Assembly (NCBI RefSeq): GCF_006345805.1
Contig: NW_021828015.1
Span: 62,001-126,000, forward strand
Direction of reading: 5' to 3'
Length of the DNA stretch: 64,000 bases
DNA from: Octopus sinensis
Taxonomy: Eukaryota
Numbering within the stretch: position 1 is the stretch's first letter; each line of letters starts with the position of its first letter. Positions 38,722 through 54,039 of this stretch are shown piece after piece. Made by a program: the position numbers and the translations under genes. The notes beneath the pieces were generated by a model, which was given only the letters and a program-made list of their open reading frames with translations, had not been told where the DNA came from and made no database searches.

Positions 38722-41233
38722 GGACACCAGTCCATTGCAGAGTTAATTACTCATTTACAGCTGTGCAGGCTAGAGCAATGCTGAGTAAAATGAAGTGTTT
38801 TGCTCAAGAACACAGTGCACCACCCGGTTTGGGAAATGAAACCCTGATCCTGAAATTGTAAGTGCAACACTGTAACCTTTACATCACATATCTTCACTCC
38901 TTATTCCTGAGATTACAAAACAGAGTTGTGCATTTATCTAGTAATTCTCTCTTCAAGAAGGCACTTGACAAAATTTAAAATATTTTAATTCTATCAAACA
39001 AATTTATCTACTGCCCTCCCACACACACACACACACACTTCTCAATCTTCACAGCCATTCCTACCAACCTATGAGAACCACTACAGCCTTAAGACATTTT
39101 GTCAAGCATTCTATTATTCTCACCATTCTGTCATTCTTTTCATTGGTTTCAAAGAACAATGGAAGTTAGCAAATTTCCATACTTTTTAATTCTATGTTTT
39201 GATAACCATTATTGTTTGCTTGTAGATCTCTTAAACACATTGTATAAATGTGAACACAAAACTAAACCAGGTACAAGCCATAAGATACCTTTTTTTTTTT
39301 TCTTTCTTTTTTTTTTTTTTTTTTTTGGCAGGGGGTATTTTTCGTTGGTTTCAATGAACAATGAAAATTTCCAAATTTTCCAAACAGGAAAACAAAAATA
39401 AAATAAAATAAAATAGAATAAGAGAAATGAACAGTTCCTTTAATTACCATTTCTATCAAAGATTAATTCTATGTTGTGATAACTATTATTGTTACATATC
39501 CGCATGTTGTATACGACAACAATAACAAGAACCATTGCAGCAGCAACGACAACAGCACAAGTGAACAAGTTAAAAGAATGCAGTTATTAATTGCTACCCT
39601 TTAGCATAATTTCATATTCAATGAAAACACTTCGTATCAAATATGAAGAAAAGCATTTAAACATAATAAATAATTTTTAACTGCCAATAACAAAATGAAA
39701 TCCTACTTGATTTCTGTTATTGTTGCTGTCGTTGTTGTTGTCGGGTGATAGTAGTGGTGGTGTTAGTGGTGGTGATGGCAATTTGTTTTTAAATTTTTTA
39801 ATTTTGTTTATTTATGTTATTTTTATTTTATGAGCATTGTTTGTGGTATTTTCAGTTATGTATAGTTTTAATTATCGTAATTAAATTCATGAATTCCTGT
39901 TCTTAACAGTCTAGACCCCTAAGCTCAAGGGGGTTATATTCTGCTTTTTTTTATTTTCATTTTTATTCCACCCCCCACCCCATTTTTTTTTTTTTTCTTT
40001 TGGTACACAGAAGTAATGGGAAGAATGCAAATGGTGCCTGGTAGCTGAGAAGTTAGACAATTGAGACGGCAACCATAGATTCAAAATGCAGCTACCAGAA
40101 TCAATGAGGAAGCCTCTGCATTAATGGTTCTTAACCTGAGCAGCAACATACCACCCACTTCAGGGTACCATAAGCTTACAAAGAGCAGGAGACATCCTTG
40201 TTGATGGTAAAGTAGTGACCTAGCAAGTTCTTGTTGGATGCTGTTCTGTCATGCCCATAATTAACACATCAGGTTAATTAAACACAACAAATACCAGCCT
40301 CATAAAACAATTTAAAAATTAGCAAACAATTAAAACATCATATTTTCTTTATAAGCGAGTGTCTTCCATCTGTCCCTGTTGCCAAAGTTATGATCACATG
40401 AATGCACCAGCATCAATTGTCAAGCGATTGGTGTGGGTAGGGGGAGGGACAAACATAGATACACACTCATAAATATGTACACACACACACATATATATAT
40501 ATATGTATATATATAATGGGCTTCTTTCAGTTTCCATCAACCAAATCCACTCAAAAGGCTTTGGTTGGTTTGCGGTTAGAGTAGAAGACACTACACCAAG
40601 GAGCCATGCAGTGGGACTGAACCCAGAACCATATGGTTGGGAAGCTCCTTACCACATGCACACACACATACATGTGTAGATAAATGATGAGTTTCCTTCA
40701 CTCAGATTGAACCTGAAAACATGTGGTTGGAAAGCAAACACCTTACCACACAGCCATGCCAGTTGTTTTAAATTTTCAAATTTTTCCTCCAAGTGTTGTT
40801 CTATTAAATCATTTTATTTTAGGGCCTCTTATTTTTTTGGCTTCGTTTGTAAATCTTTTATTAATTTGTTGAGTTGAGATTATATTTCTTTGTTTTATCT
40901 TCTTGAAGGTGGCACAGTTAATCCCTTTTAATCCTTTTAAAAGTTTAAATCTGCCTTGATATTTTCTTGTTGTAGGTCTTCTTTTCATTTTTTTTTTCTA
41001 ATAAACTAATCTTGTTAGAAATGCTTTCCTTGCCTCAACCAATATGTGTTTGTGTTTATGTGCCTGAGTACTTGTATATGTGTGGCATCTGTGAATGTGT
41101 ATATACAATGTTGTGGCTGTGTGTAAGTGTGTATATCTATAGATAAATATCTATATCTATATCTACCTATCTATCTATCTATCTGTCTATTTATCTATCT
41201 TTCTATCAATCTTTATTTCTATCTATCTATCTT

Positions 41234-41324
<91 letters not shown>

Positions 41325-41404
41325 GCCTGCCATATCCACCTAGATATCTATATATACATACATACATACATACATACACATATATATATATATATATCTA
41401 TATA

Positions 41405-41437
<33 letters not shown>

Positions 41438-42785
41438 ATATATATATATATCAGATTGGAACCTAGTGCAGCCTCTTGGCTTGCTAGACCCCAGTCAAAC
41501 TGTCCAACCCAGGCCAGCATAGAAAATGGATGTTAAACAATGATGATGATCTTGATATTTCTCTTTTACTCTTTTACTTGTTTCAGTCATTTGACTGCGG
41601 CCATGCTGGAGCACCACCTTTAATCGACCAACTCGACCCTTCTTTTATAAGCCCAGTACTTATTCTATCGGCCTCTTTTGCCGAACCGCTAAGTAATGGG
41701 GACATAAACACACCAGCATCGGTTGTCAAGCAATGCTAGGGGGACAGACACACACATACATATATATACATATACATATATACGACAGGCTTCTTTCAGT
41801 TCCCGTCTACCAAATCCACTCACAAGGCTTTGGTCGGCTCGGGGCTATAGCAGAAGACACTTGCCCAAGATGCCACGCAGTGGGACTGAACCCGGAACCA
41901 CACAGCCACTGCTGCTGCGCCTATATATATATATATATATATATTAATATATATATATATATATATAACATATATATATGTATATCTATGTATATATGTA
42001 TATATGTATGGATGTATGGGTGCATGCATATATGTATAAATGAATGCATGTGTGAGTATGTATATTTATGTTTGTACTGACATGTGTTTATGCACAAGTA
42101 TGACAGTGAGTTCACGTGTCTTTCATGAACCCATCTATCTCAAGTGCACATGTGCATCATTGCATGCATGTACAAACAAACATGCATGAGCATAACGCTG
42201 TTTGCACTTCTCTCTTCTCTCACATATAACATTCCCAGTTTGTTTGCTTTTAATTTATCATATAAGCTAACCTAAACAGGACAGGTCTTTGTAGTTTTAA
42301 AGATGAATGTTTACATTAATGAAATTGAATGAGTTGAAGCTATCTTTAGAAGTTGAACATAACTTGATACTGCTACTACTATTCAATATTCCACTATGGG
42401 TTCTTGATATTTATACTAAGGGTTACTGATGTCTGAAAAATTGCTTCAGATACATTACACGCTCTCGTTAATCTATGAAGGGAAGGCGTGGCTCTATGTT
42501 GAGATGTTTGCTTCCCATCCATGCGGTTCTAGGTTCAGTCCCATTGCATGGCACCATAAGCAAGTGTCTTCCACTCTCAAGGGTTCGTTTCCCCCCCACC
42601 GGCTGACCAAATGCATCATGGCAGACAGAAACTGAAAGAAGCCTATCGAATATATATAGATAAATACATACATACATAATACATATATACATACATATAC
42701 ATATACATATATACATATATATATAATATATATGTGTGTGTATATATATATATATGTATGTATGTATGTATATATATATATATAT

Positions 42786-43097
42786 CACCGTGACCGTCAC
42801 CGTGACCGACCAGGCTATCAGATGTTGCTACACATAGCTGGTCACAATGCGTTTCGCATTGTTTTAGCCTTTAAATGACGCCATCCCGCTGGCTAAGCGA
42901 GCAGGCCAACAGAAGAAAGAGTGAGAGAAAGTTGCGGCAAAAGAGTACAGCAGGGATCGCCACCACCCACTGCCGGAGCCTTGTGGAGCTTTAGGTGTTT
43001 TCGCTCAATAAACACTCACAACGCCCGGTCTGGGAATCGAAACCGCGATCCTACAACCGCGAGTCTGCTGCCCTAACCACTGGGCCATTGCGCCTCC

Positions 43098-43099
<2 letters not shown>
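42786..43099 (-). mobile_element. Young CpG-rich tRNA-derived SINE inserted in (TA)n
   Basis: Head GGAGGCGCAATGGCCCAGTGGTTAGG..GGTTTCGATTCCC; tail repeats GGTCACGGTGA. Confidence 0.8.
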
Positions 43100-43161
<62 letters not shown>

Positions 43162-43327
43162 AATTATACTGCAGTAAATTTTTTATACAGTATTTGTTTC
43201 CGGGAATGTTGGCGCGCTATAACGAGGGCATTTGAATCATAACTGCGAATATAATTGACTGAACCACACGTGTGTTTAACGTTATGTTAAAATCTGGCGT
43301 GGGGTTCAGTAAATTGTATTCAAGACA

Positions 43328-43406
43328 AATTCTACTGAAGAGCTACAGATATATTATGTAAGTAAAATTGCATAATCCATTAATAGCAAAACAATTGTCT
43401 AGAATT
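43328..43406 (+). ncRNA. Minimal hammerhead motif, G12 lost (probable CpG decay)
   Basis: AATTCTA-CTGAAGA-GCTA..TAGC-AAAA-CAATTG-TC-TAGAATT. 7-bp stem I, palindrome ACAATTGT, GUC triplet. Confidence 0.8.
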
Positions 43407-43624
43407 AATCTACATTTTTGTTATTTTTCATTTGTCCTGCTCGTTTATGTTCGTAGTTGTGCTGATTCTCCTTGGAAACAATTCTTGGTGGTTGAGACCA
43501 TAGCGGAACTATTTTTAGCGCAAGAGTCAACCACATAGTGGACACTCTCTTATATTGTGTATATATATATTAATATATATATATATATATATATAGAGAT
43601 AGAGAGAGAGGAGAGATAGATAGG

Positions 43625-43672
<48 letters not shown>

Positions 43673-44216
43673 ATATTGATGTGTGTGTGTTTGTGCATGT
43701 GTGTGTGTTTGTGTCTCCTTGCTTCGACATCAAGTGATTGCTATAAATGAATGCATTTCATTTATTTATTCTCAATATTCTGTGAAAACAATCCATGGGC
43801 CCAGAGAAATATCACCTTGCTTGGGAACCAGTGAGAGTTGATAACAGGAAGGGCATTCAACCATAGACCATCTGCTTACACTTGTTACATATGTGTGTGA
43901 ATACATGCACGTGTATGTGTGTGTGAATTGTACATTGTGTCTGAGTGTGGTATTTTTCACAGTGGAGCTTTAGAAAATGCTCATGTATACTTATGATTTT
44001 TGGGGCTATGACAAAGTCTGTAGAGTGAAAGAATAACTGGAAAAAGCAAGAAGTCGACTTTTGATACACAATATCAAAGAAATACACATGACTTTACCTC
44101 ACAGCAAATACATAAATACACCCACAAACACACACAGAAATATGTATATCTACATCTGTACCAATCTATCTATCCCATATATATATATAACACACACACA
44201 CACACATATATATGTA

Positions 44217-44254
<38 letters not shown>

Positions 44255-44868
44255 TAGCATATCCTCATTTTTTTATTTTTCAAAATATTCCATTTCACCA
44301 TCTAATTCATATTTCATATTTTGCAAGAAAAAAAAATCATTGTTTACTAACAACAGTAAAATTAACCAAATTTTCAAAGCATACAAACATGTTCAATAAA
44401 GAACTTTTTAATTTGGTTACAATTTTTCAATACAATTTTCCAAGAGTGATGCCTATTTATTTCTTTGTCTGTTATTTCTTTCCACTTTATTTTTCTTTCA
44501 TTTTTATCATATTTTTTTTTGTTTTGTCTCGATTTTTTTTTACTATCATTTTTTAAAAACTCATTTTGATTTTCTTATTACTTTTATAATAATAATTTTA
44601 TATTTTAGGGGAAGGGGAGGTTGTTTGGGGTTTTTTTTTTGTAATTTTTTACAATATTTTTTTCTTTTTGCATTTTTTGGTTTCTTTGTTTTTCTTTTCT
44701 TTTCTCTTTTTTTTATATAATTCTCGCAGAATAGCAAAAAATAAAAAAAAAATGGGGAAAATGCTGCTTTGCAGTTGCTTTTGTTTTCTTCCTGTTCAAC
44801 ATGTTTGCATAGAATTTTGCAGTATTTCCTCAACATTTTAACTGTTTTACTAACACAATCATCATCAC

Positions 44869-44899
<31 letters not shown>

Positions 44900-46421
44900 G
44901 TTGTCATCATCATTATAATCATTATTATTATCGACACCATTTTGTTTTGTTGTTGTAACAGCAGTAAAAGTAATAGTTCTAATTAGTTTAATGGTTCATA
45001 ATAGAGACAAACCAGTCAATTGACAATTACCATTATGGCCCAAAGTTCTAAAATGGAAATTTTTACATTTCTTTCTTTACCAGATGGGGGCGAAGAGAAG
45101 GGGGACGTGTAGAGGTAGGGGTGATTGGTGAAAGGCAGGCTTCTCTTTATTTCTTTCTAGTTTCCTTTATATATTTTTTCTTTGTATTTTGCTTGAACAT
45201 ATATGTATGTGTGTGTGAGTGTTTGTGTTTGTATGTATGTGTGTGTAAGCATGTGTATATGTGTGTATGTCTGCATGAGTGTATATCTGCATGAGTGTAT
45301 GTGTGTATGTGTCTGTATGTATGTATGTATGCATGTATGTGTGTGTAAGCATGTGTATATGTGTGTATGTCTGCATGAGTGTATATCTGCATGAGTGTAT
45401 GTGTGTGTATGTGTTTGTGTGTATGTAGGTGTGTGTAAGCATGTGTATAGGTGTGTATGTCTGCATGTGTGTATGCATGTCTATATGTATGTATTGTGTA
45501 AGTGTGTATGCATGTGTATGTATATGTATGTATGCATATGTATTATGCACACATGTACAAGTGTGTATGTGTGTGTGTGTGTGTGGTGTGTGTGTGTGTG
45601 TGGTGTGTGTGTGTGTGTGAGTGTTTGTGTTTGTATGTATGTATGTATGTATGTATGTGTGTATGTGTTTGTATGTATGTGTGTGTATGTGTTTGTATGT
45701 ATGTATGTGTGTATGTCTACATGTATGTGTATGTATGTGTGTGTGTGTGTGAGTGTGTGTAAGTATGTATCATCCATGCACATATGTACGAGCATGTGTG
45801 TAAGTATGTATATGTGTGGGTTTCTTTTCTAAAATTCTTTTAATAAATAAACAAATTTAGAAATAAAACTAATTTAGTTCTTTAAAATAAAAATTCTCTC
45901 TCACTGGAATATTATTTGGCAATAGAGTACAAGGTGTGTTACATGAAAGAAAGACAATGAAATAATAATAGAAAATAAAACATAATGTTGCCAGAAGTCA
46001 ACAGCTATTTTACAAGATGGACACACATGTTACACAATAGGTTGCTTTGTATCATGTTTTGTTCTGCTCAAATTTCTATATTTTAGTTTAGTAACAAACA
46101 ATAACAATAACAATGATAATAATAATAATAACAATGGCAATGAGAGTGACAATGGCAAGGATGATGATGATGATGATGATCATCATCATCATCATCATCA
46201 TGATAGCGACAATGACAATAACGATAATGATGATATCTGTCTTTTGAATTCTGTTGTGAGTGCAAGCGTGGCAGTATGGTTAAGAAGATTGCTTTGCTCT
46301 GCTACCACGTGGTTTCTGGTTCAATCTCACTGTGCAGCACCTTGAAGAGAATAATTATCTCCTACAATAACCCTGAACCATGAATTTGGCACATGGAAAC
46401 TCATGTATATCTATTTATCTC

Positions 46422-46480
<59 letters not shown>

Positions 46481-46550
46481 CTCTCTCTATATATATATAT
46501 ATGTATATATGTGTATATACATATGTGTATATATATATATATATATGTGT

Positions 46551-46587
<37 letters not shown>

Positions 46588-46637
46588 AAAAAATAGTCAA
46601 GGCAGAAAATGCTAAAATAATTTTATAAAAAACATTT

Positions 46638-46673
46638 CAGTACCAGTTTCAGTCATTGAGACTATTTCAACTG
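46638..46673 (-). ncRNA. Hammerhead-like motif, U3-A8 core variant (A9 also changed)
   Basis: Minus strand: CAG-TTGAAAT-AGTC-TCAAT-GACT-GAAA-CTGG-TA-CTG. Confidence 0.45.
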
Positions 46674-46788
46674 TAAGTATGGAAAACAAATTTTGGAAAA
46701 ATTAAAAGAAAAGTTTTTATATATATATATACATACATATATATATATATATATACATATATATATTATATATATATATATATATATA

Positions 46789-46863
<75 letters not shown>

Positions 46864-46931
46864 ACATATGGTACAATTATAAACAGGGCAAATTTTAGCC
46901 ATTTCTCCGCAGATTGCAAACAAGAGTCACA

Positions 46932-46974
46932 ACCTGAATCAATTTTCAAACCTTATTGGGTTCCCATCAGAGGC
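46932..46974 (-). ncRNA. Minimal hammerhead motif (A9G)
   Basis: Minus strand: GCCT-CTGATGG-GAACC-CAATAA-GGTTT-GAAA-ATTGAT-TC-AGGT. Confidence 0.6.
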
Positions 46975-48266
46975 GTCCACATCATTTTGTCAATCTCCAA
47001 AGAAACAAGCAGCCAAACTGTTTATTTATATATGCATGTGAGTACGTGTGTTTGTGTGTCTCTCATCATCATCATCATCATCATCATCGTTTAACATCTG
47101 CCTTCCATGCTAGCATGGGTGGGATGGTTTGACAAGAGCTGGCCAGGCAAAAGCCTGCACTAGACATCTGTGATGTTTTGACAGGATTTTTACAGCTGGA
47201 TGTCCTTCCAAACACCAACCACTCAGCAGAGTGGACTTAGTGCTTTTTGCATGGCACAAGCACAGGTGAGGTCAGTTTTGGCAAGGTTTTTACAGCTGGA
47301 CACCCTTCCAAACACCAACCACTTTACAGTGTGGACTGGGTGCTTTTAGGTGGCACCTGCACTAACAGGATCACCAAGTACTTGCAAGACAAAAAAACTT
47401 TTAAGAGGAGAGGAGTGATTGGAAGAGGTGATGAAGAAAAGATTATAGTGAGACAGATACAAGTGTCTTGCTGTAGAGGAAGTACAAGGTTACTCGGCCA
47501 GAGAGAGAAAGATCAGGAATGAAGACAAAAACAGGTGTGCTACCACAAAGAAAATATACAGTTGCCCAACCTGAGGGAAGTGCAGGAGAAAGAGAAAGTG
47601 GAAAACCACAGGATGGAGGTGGTGGAAAAATGTCGGGCATACTCACAAGAAATGGGGATCAGAATATAAATGAGATGTTTGAGTAAAGAAGAGAGAGATA
47701 TAGATAATGGCAAGTGCCAAGGCATACCCTTGAGGTTCAAATGCCATAATATAAGTGACAGGATATTGCAAAGGGAGTGCGATTAAAGAGTGTGAGTAAA
47801 TGACGAAAGACCTGGGTATATATAGAGTTGGAGGGGCTACCAGATAGCAATGATACAGAGGAGCAAGGGTGTGAAGGCAGGATTGGGGAGTGAGAGCTAG
47901 GCATAGTGAATGAAGGAGGAAATGCAAGAAAGAGATGTAGATTGGTTTGTTGGAGTAGGGTGAGGAAAAGTTTTCTTGTTACATGTGGGTGGAACACCCA
48001 GGTCAGGGGCTAACAGATGGCAATAATAGAGTGAGAGAAGGTATGTGGATAGAACACACAGGTGGGGGGGGGGGCAAGCAGAGAGCAGTGATACAGTGGC
48101 ACTGGGCCAAGAGGATACGATATGTCTATATCTATCTATCAATCTATATGTATGTATGTAATTAGGTATATATGTATGTATGTATATATGCATGTAAGTG
48201 TATGTGTGTATACATGTATATATGTATGTATATATGTATATATATGTGTGCGTGTGTGAGTGTGTG

Positions 48267-48336
<70 letters not shown>

Positions 48337-48496
48337 AATGCATATATATGTATATATAACTTATAAATAAGGACAAAAGAAAAGAATTCTTATGCCAAAC
48401 ATGCCAAGAAATAGACTTAAAATCGTCAATAACCACATATAATTCTTCACGCGCGTCTCGAAACAAGCTGATAGAAATTTCTAAAAAATTCTATTA

Positions 48497-48557
48497 TTAC
48501 TGAATTGGTCCGATTTCTGAGTTAATTCATAAAGAATTTTCTCGTCATCAGCAGTAA
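48497..48557 (-). ncRNA. Minimal hammerhead motif
   Basis: Minus strand: TTACTG-CTGATGA-C-GAG..CTC-A-GAAA-TCGGACCAA-TT-CAGTAA. 6-bp stem I, near-palindromic stem III. Confidence 0.6.
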
Positions 48558-48644
48558 ATACGTTAAGAAATAAATGAAATACTTACTTGCACACATGCAA
48601 CAAGCATACGCATATGCTTGCTCCATGTGTGCAAGATGTTTTAT

Positions 48645-49172
48645 GTATGTTATGCCTCATTACTTCTTTCCACAAGGCCTTGGTGTTAACTCTGCCGCCT
48701 ACAATAAGGTCCTGGAAACAATTGTTAAGCCCTGGATAGACAGTGTATGCAAATGAAAGGCCATATGTGTTTCAATAAGACTCTACACTATCAAACATGA
48801 CTCTAGTAACACAGGAGTGGATGGCTGAAAATTTTGATGATCACATAATCCCTAACATTTGGCCTCCAAATTCCCCAGAGCATTGTTGAGAGAGAGGTCA
48901 ATGAAATTGCTCATAACACCACAGATACTTTGAAAGCTGCCATAGTCAGAGTAATGTCCAAAATGAACCAGGACTACTTGATTTGAGCATGTAGATGATT
49001 TAGATCTCATATAGAAGCAGTTGTTGAAGCTGAAGGTGGCTTTATTGAATAACATTATAGAAAAGGAAGTATATTTTTATCCTCCGAGCATTTTTTGATA
49101 AATAAAGTTAACTATTATTATATATCTATTTTTATAAACAAACCTGTCCTCAAATATCTTACGCACCCTGTA
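48645..49172 (+). mobile_element. Second maT-like transposase fragment with right end
   Basis: VMPHYFFPQGLGVNSAAY..VLETIVKPWI...IWPPNSP; ends ...GCACCCTG-TA. Confidence 0.75.
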
Positions 49173-49187
49173 TATATATATATATAT

Positions 49188-49236
<49 letters not shown>

Positions 49237-49834
49237 CAAAACACACACATACAAAACTCACACAAACACACGTATAACATGTATGAATGTATATATATAT
49301 GTATGTATGAACGTATATATATATAGGCATAGGAATGGCTGTGTGGTAAGTAGCTTGCTTACCAACCATATGGTTCCAGGTTCAGTCCCACTGTATGGCA
49401 CCTTGGGCAAGTGTCTTCAACTATAGTCTCAGGCCGACCAAACCTTTGTGAGTGGATTTGGTAGACAGAAACTGAAAGAAGCCCATCGTATATATGTGTA
49501 TATATGTATGTATGTGCGTTTGTGTGTCTGTGTCTGTCCACCCAACATCACTTGATAACCAATGCTGGTGTGTTTACATCCCTGTAACTTAGCAGTTCTG
49601 CAAAAGAGACCAATAAAATAATTACTAGGCTTACAAAATATAAGTCCTGGGGTCAGTTAGCTCGACTAAAGGCAGTGCTCCAGCATGGCCACAGTCAAAT
49701 GACTGAAACAAGTAAAAGAGTAAAAAGAGAGTAAAAAAGTATATATATATATATACACACACACATATCTGTAAAATGTATATATACATATATATACACA
49801 AACATATATATACATGTGTGTATATGTGTATATA

Positions 49835-49870
<36 letters not shown>

Positions 49871-50178
49871 TGTATGTATGTATATAATACTGAAGCCAAC
49901 GTATGTAAAATTTGGTAAAGCAGATGTGTCAGCAAGATAATTAGATACTGCTTGATCCTTTCCCATCTGACAGCAGCTAGTGCAGTTGAGCATCTAATCT
50001 AATTAAATCTACAATCTTCCATTGATGTCTTCATTTTTTTTTTATCCTTTTTATTTGTTTTTCCAACAACCTGACAGAAATGTTAAAGCAACCAATACTT
50101 TGATAGGATGAAAAACTAAAGAGAAAATTTACAATAAAAATTAATTCCCCACAAATGTGTTGGAAATCCTTTATAAAA

Positions 50179-50243
<65 letters not shown>

Positions 50244-50262
50244 TAATGATAATAATAATAAC

Positions 50263-50306
<44 letters not shown>

Positions 50307-50586
50307 TAACAATAATTAATTTTTTTATTGGCCACAAGGCCTCACACACAAAACATTAAAAGACATACAAAAACATAAAAGGCAAAAACAGGACAATGCA
50401 ATGGGTTTTGGCATATACACAATGTAATAACAATAAAAATTGAACAAATTAAAACTCCCAATTGGGGAGGTCCTTTAAGGTCCTTGTGGAAAAACCCACA
50501 AAAGACATGGGTGCCTGAACAACAAGGCCATTCTCCTTTTTTTTTTACAGGTGTGCACGCTCAGAATTGGTCCTTTCACACTGGCC

Positions 50587-50620
<34 letters not shown>

Positions 50621-50840
50621 TAATAATAATAATAATGATGATGATGATGGTGATGATAATAATGGTTTCATATTTTGCTACAACAGCAGAAATTTTGGGG
50701 GAGGGGATGAGTTGATTATATTGACCCCCCGTGTTCAACTGGTACTTTTTTAATTGACCCCAAAAGGATGAAAGACAAAGTCAACCTAGGTGGAATTTGA
50801 ATGCAGAACATAAAGACAGACAAAAATGCCACTTGTGTGA

Positions 50841-51404
50841 GCATCATCCTGAGCCAATCGTTGAAGGTAAAAGTGTCACTATCCTCTGGGATTTTCCAGT
50901 CAACATTGACAGAACAATCCAGGCTAATTGATCAGACATAATCATTAAAGACAAAGATGACAATACTTGTAGACTAATTGATGTAAGTGTCCTCACTGAT
51001 AAAATTATATCTGTAAAGGAATTTGACAAATTAAGTAAATATAAGGACCTGGAATCTGAAATACAAAAGATGTGGCATCTTAAAGCGAGAACTGTTCCTG
51101 TTATTTTGGGTGCCCTAGGTATTATAAGAAAGGGATGTTAGTAACATCTAGATAATATCCCAGGAGAACCATGTCTCAGAGAAATCCAAAAGATTGTGCT
51201 GACAAGTACTGCCCACATCCTAAGAAAAACCTTATCAATTTAAATATATGTGTTGTATTACATTATGATATTTCGCTACTGCCCCAGCCACTTCCCCTCC
51301 CCAGGCTTTCAGTCATACTGCAATGTCTCTTATCCTTCACTCACCCTAGGACACTGGGTGTCTTGGTTGGTAAGTGGTTGTAACAAACATGCAGATTAAA
51401 AGTA

Positions 51405-51405
<1 letters not shown>
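50841..51405 (+). mobile_element. R4/Dong-like 3' fragment
   Basis: VTILWDFPV..DRTIQAN..DIIIKD..CRLIDVSV..KLSKYKDLE..GALG..EIQKIVL with in-frame stops; ends in (AAT)n. Confidence 0.85.
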
Positions 51406-51450
<45 letters not shown>

Positions 51451-52253
51451 GGAATAATAATAATAATAATCATTATTACTATTATTATTATTATTATTAT
51501 TATATTATTATTATTATTATTATTATTGTCATTATTATTATTATATTATTATTATATTATTATTATTATTATTATTATTATTATGGTTTCAAATTATGGC
51601 ACAAGTCTAGCAATTTCAAGGGGGTGGGTTGGGTGGTTAAGAGGTTTGCCTTGCAATTCTGAATTTATGAGTTCAATCCTGAGTCATTTTGGGTAAGTAT
51701 CTTTATCATAGCCTGAGATCAGCCAAAGTACTGTGAATGGGACAAGGGACGGTGGTGGTGATGACAATGAAGACAACTATGATGCAGATGATGATGATGC
51801 CAAATGAAGATGATGATGATGATGACGATGAAGCTGATGAAGATGATAACAATGATAATGACAAGGACAATGATAACAAAGATGACAATGATTATGATGA
51901 GGATATGGATAACGATGATGATAATGATGATGACAATAAAGATGATGAAAACAGCAATCATTAAAATTACAATGACAACAAAAATTATGACAATAACAAG
52001 GGATGATGTTGATGACATTGATGATAATGATGACGACGACAATAACAATGATGATAATGATGATGACAACAATAACAATAGTAAATGGGGCAGTTGATGA
52101 TTAGTGACCCAGAACTTGGCAGATATGATATTTTCACTGACCAAGTAAGAATGGGAGATAAAGACCATCTCTCAGAGGATTTGAACATCAAAACATAGAT
52201 ATAATGACCCCATTACTTATTCAACTTCCCCACTACACACACACACACACACT

Positions 52254-52297
<44 letters not shown>

Positions 52298-53003
52298 GTA
52301 ACTGCATTATTCATTACAATTATAGGTGGCAAGCTGGCAGAATCGTTAGGTGAAATGCTTAGTGGTAATAGGTCTGTCTTTACATTCTGAGTTCAAATTC
52401 CACCGAGATCAACTTTGCTTTTCATCCTTTCAGGGTCGATAGATTAAGTACCATTTGCGTACTGTGGTCGAATCAATCGATTGGCACCCTCCCCAAAACA
52501 AATTTCAGGCCTTGTGCCTAAAGTAGAAAAGATTTTTATCGCTATTATCATTATTATTATTGCTATTATTACTATTATTATTATTATTATCATTATTATT
52601 ATTATTGTTATTATTATTATTATTATTATTATTAAGGCTGCAAGACAGCAGAATTGTTAGCATGCTGGGCAAAATGCTTAGTGGTATTTTATCTGTCTTT
52701 ACATTCAAATTCCACCAAGGTTGACTTTGCCTTTCATCCTTTTGGGGTCAATAAATTAAGATAAAGTTGTGTACTGGGGTCAATCTAATCGACTGGCCCC
52801 CACCCCCAAAATTTTCGGGCCTTGTACCTAGTGTATAAAAGAAATATTTTCAAAATATAAATGATTATATCTCTTATAACAACTAGCCTCCAGGATATAC
52901 GACATGCTTAAATAGAATGTATTTCAGCAGGTATAGGGTAACAAAAAGGTTAACAAAGGAATAAAGAAAATGACCAATGTAATGAAAATAGCATTTCACT
53001 TAC

Positions 53004-53222
53004 AAACATGAACTCTGCCGAATTCTTCAAATGATGCTGCATAAAGTCTGGCATCTTAAATTTCATTACAGTTTCATCACTGACACTGCTGTCCATTATT
53101 GGTGGAGATAACCTCTTTGCAGTGCCAGATTTTTCGAGGGTTTCCGGGTGCTTTTTCTTGGGTGGTTTACCTTTCTTTTTGTATTTCAAAGATGAATCGA
53201 CGGCGGCCAGAGACGTCCTTGC
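53004..53222 (-). CDS. CFAP221: CFAP221-like exon B (219 nt, phase 0-0): ARTSLAAVDSSLKYKKKGKPPKKKHP...VMKFKMPDFMQHHLKNSAEFMF
   Basis: Acceptor ctctttgattccatcaag (AAG, so the exact 5' edge is less sure), donor TTT|gtaagt. Lies within ORF 52950..53363 and is in frame with exons A and C. Confidence 0.8.
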
Positions 53223-53652
53223 CTTGATGGAATCAAAGAGAGGTTTCATGAGGAAAAAAGAAAGAGGAAAACAACAATTTTCAGTGAGATGAGTATAAAA
53301 GTGACGAAGAAGAAAGTTAATAATAAGGCTGCAAAACTGTACTCCATTCTTCTCATGCATCAAACTAATACACCTGCTTGTTGTTCCTTCACCTGTATTT
53401 GTCTTCTATTTTCTATATATTTGAACCATATATATATATATATATATATATAATAAAAATACGTTTCAAAAAGAAAATAGAAACTACACGTGGAGGAGAC
53501 ATGGAGAAAGTAAGAAGAAAAAAACAAAAATGCATATTGAATATCAAAAAAATAAAGGCTTTTTTATGACAAGTAATGATAAATATATACAATTAGATGA
53601 ACTGAGGTAGAATTAAGAGGAATAAAAGTCAGTATTATGAATTGTTAAAGGG

Positions 53653-53700
53653 ATTCAAAGTCATACCGGTTTTGTCAATTACTGTTCACTGCCTTTGAAT
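53653..53700 (-). ncRNA. Hammerhead-like motif, G3-C8 core variant
   Basis: Minus strand: ATTCAAAGGCA-GTGAACA-GTAATTGAC-AAAA-CCGG-TA-TGACTTTGAAT. Long stem I, ACCGGT palindrome, GUA triplet. Confidence 0.55.
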
Positions 53701-53841
53701 GCGCACCAATTACCAAATGGTGTTGGGTCTACTAGTCCCTGAGTAAAAAGATTATGTGTAAGGGAGGTAAGTAGTTCTGGATGTGGTGCAGTTAGTGTAG
53801 ATATAATACTGTAATATGAATGGTGTAATATATATATGTAG

Positions 53842-53873
<32 letters not shown>

Positions 53874-54039
53874 ACATATATGTATGTATATATATATAAA
53901 TAATGAGGGAGATAAATTAATATTAATTTTAATATCAATTTAAATTAATATTATATAATGGATTCTCTTGTCATGAAAGACAAATCAGGGTTCAGTAAAA
54001 TAAAGCATTAATCATGTTCTATAGACACATATATATCTC

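Noticed and set aside
47400-48110. Purine-rich non-microsatellite stretch, possibly an old LINE fragment
   Set aside because: I could not read a convincing protein motif.
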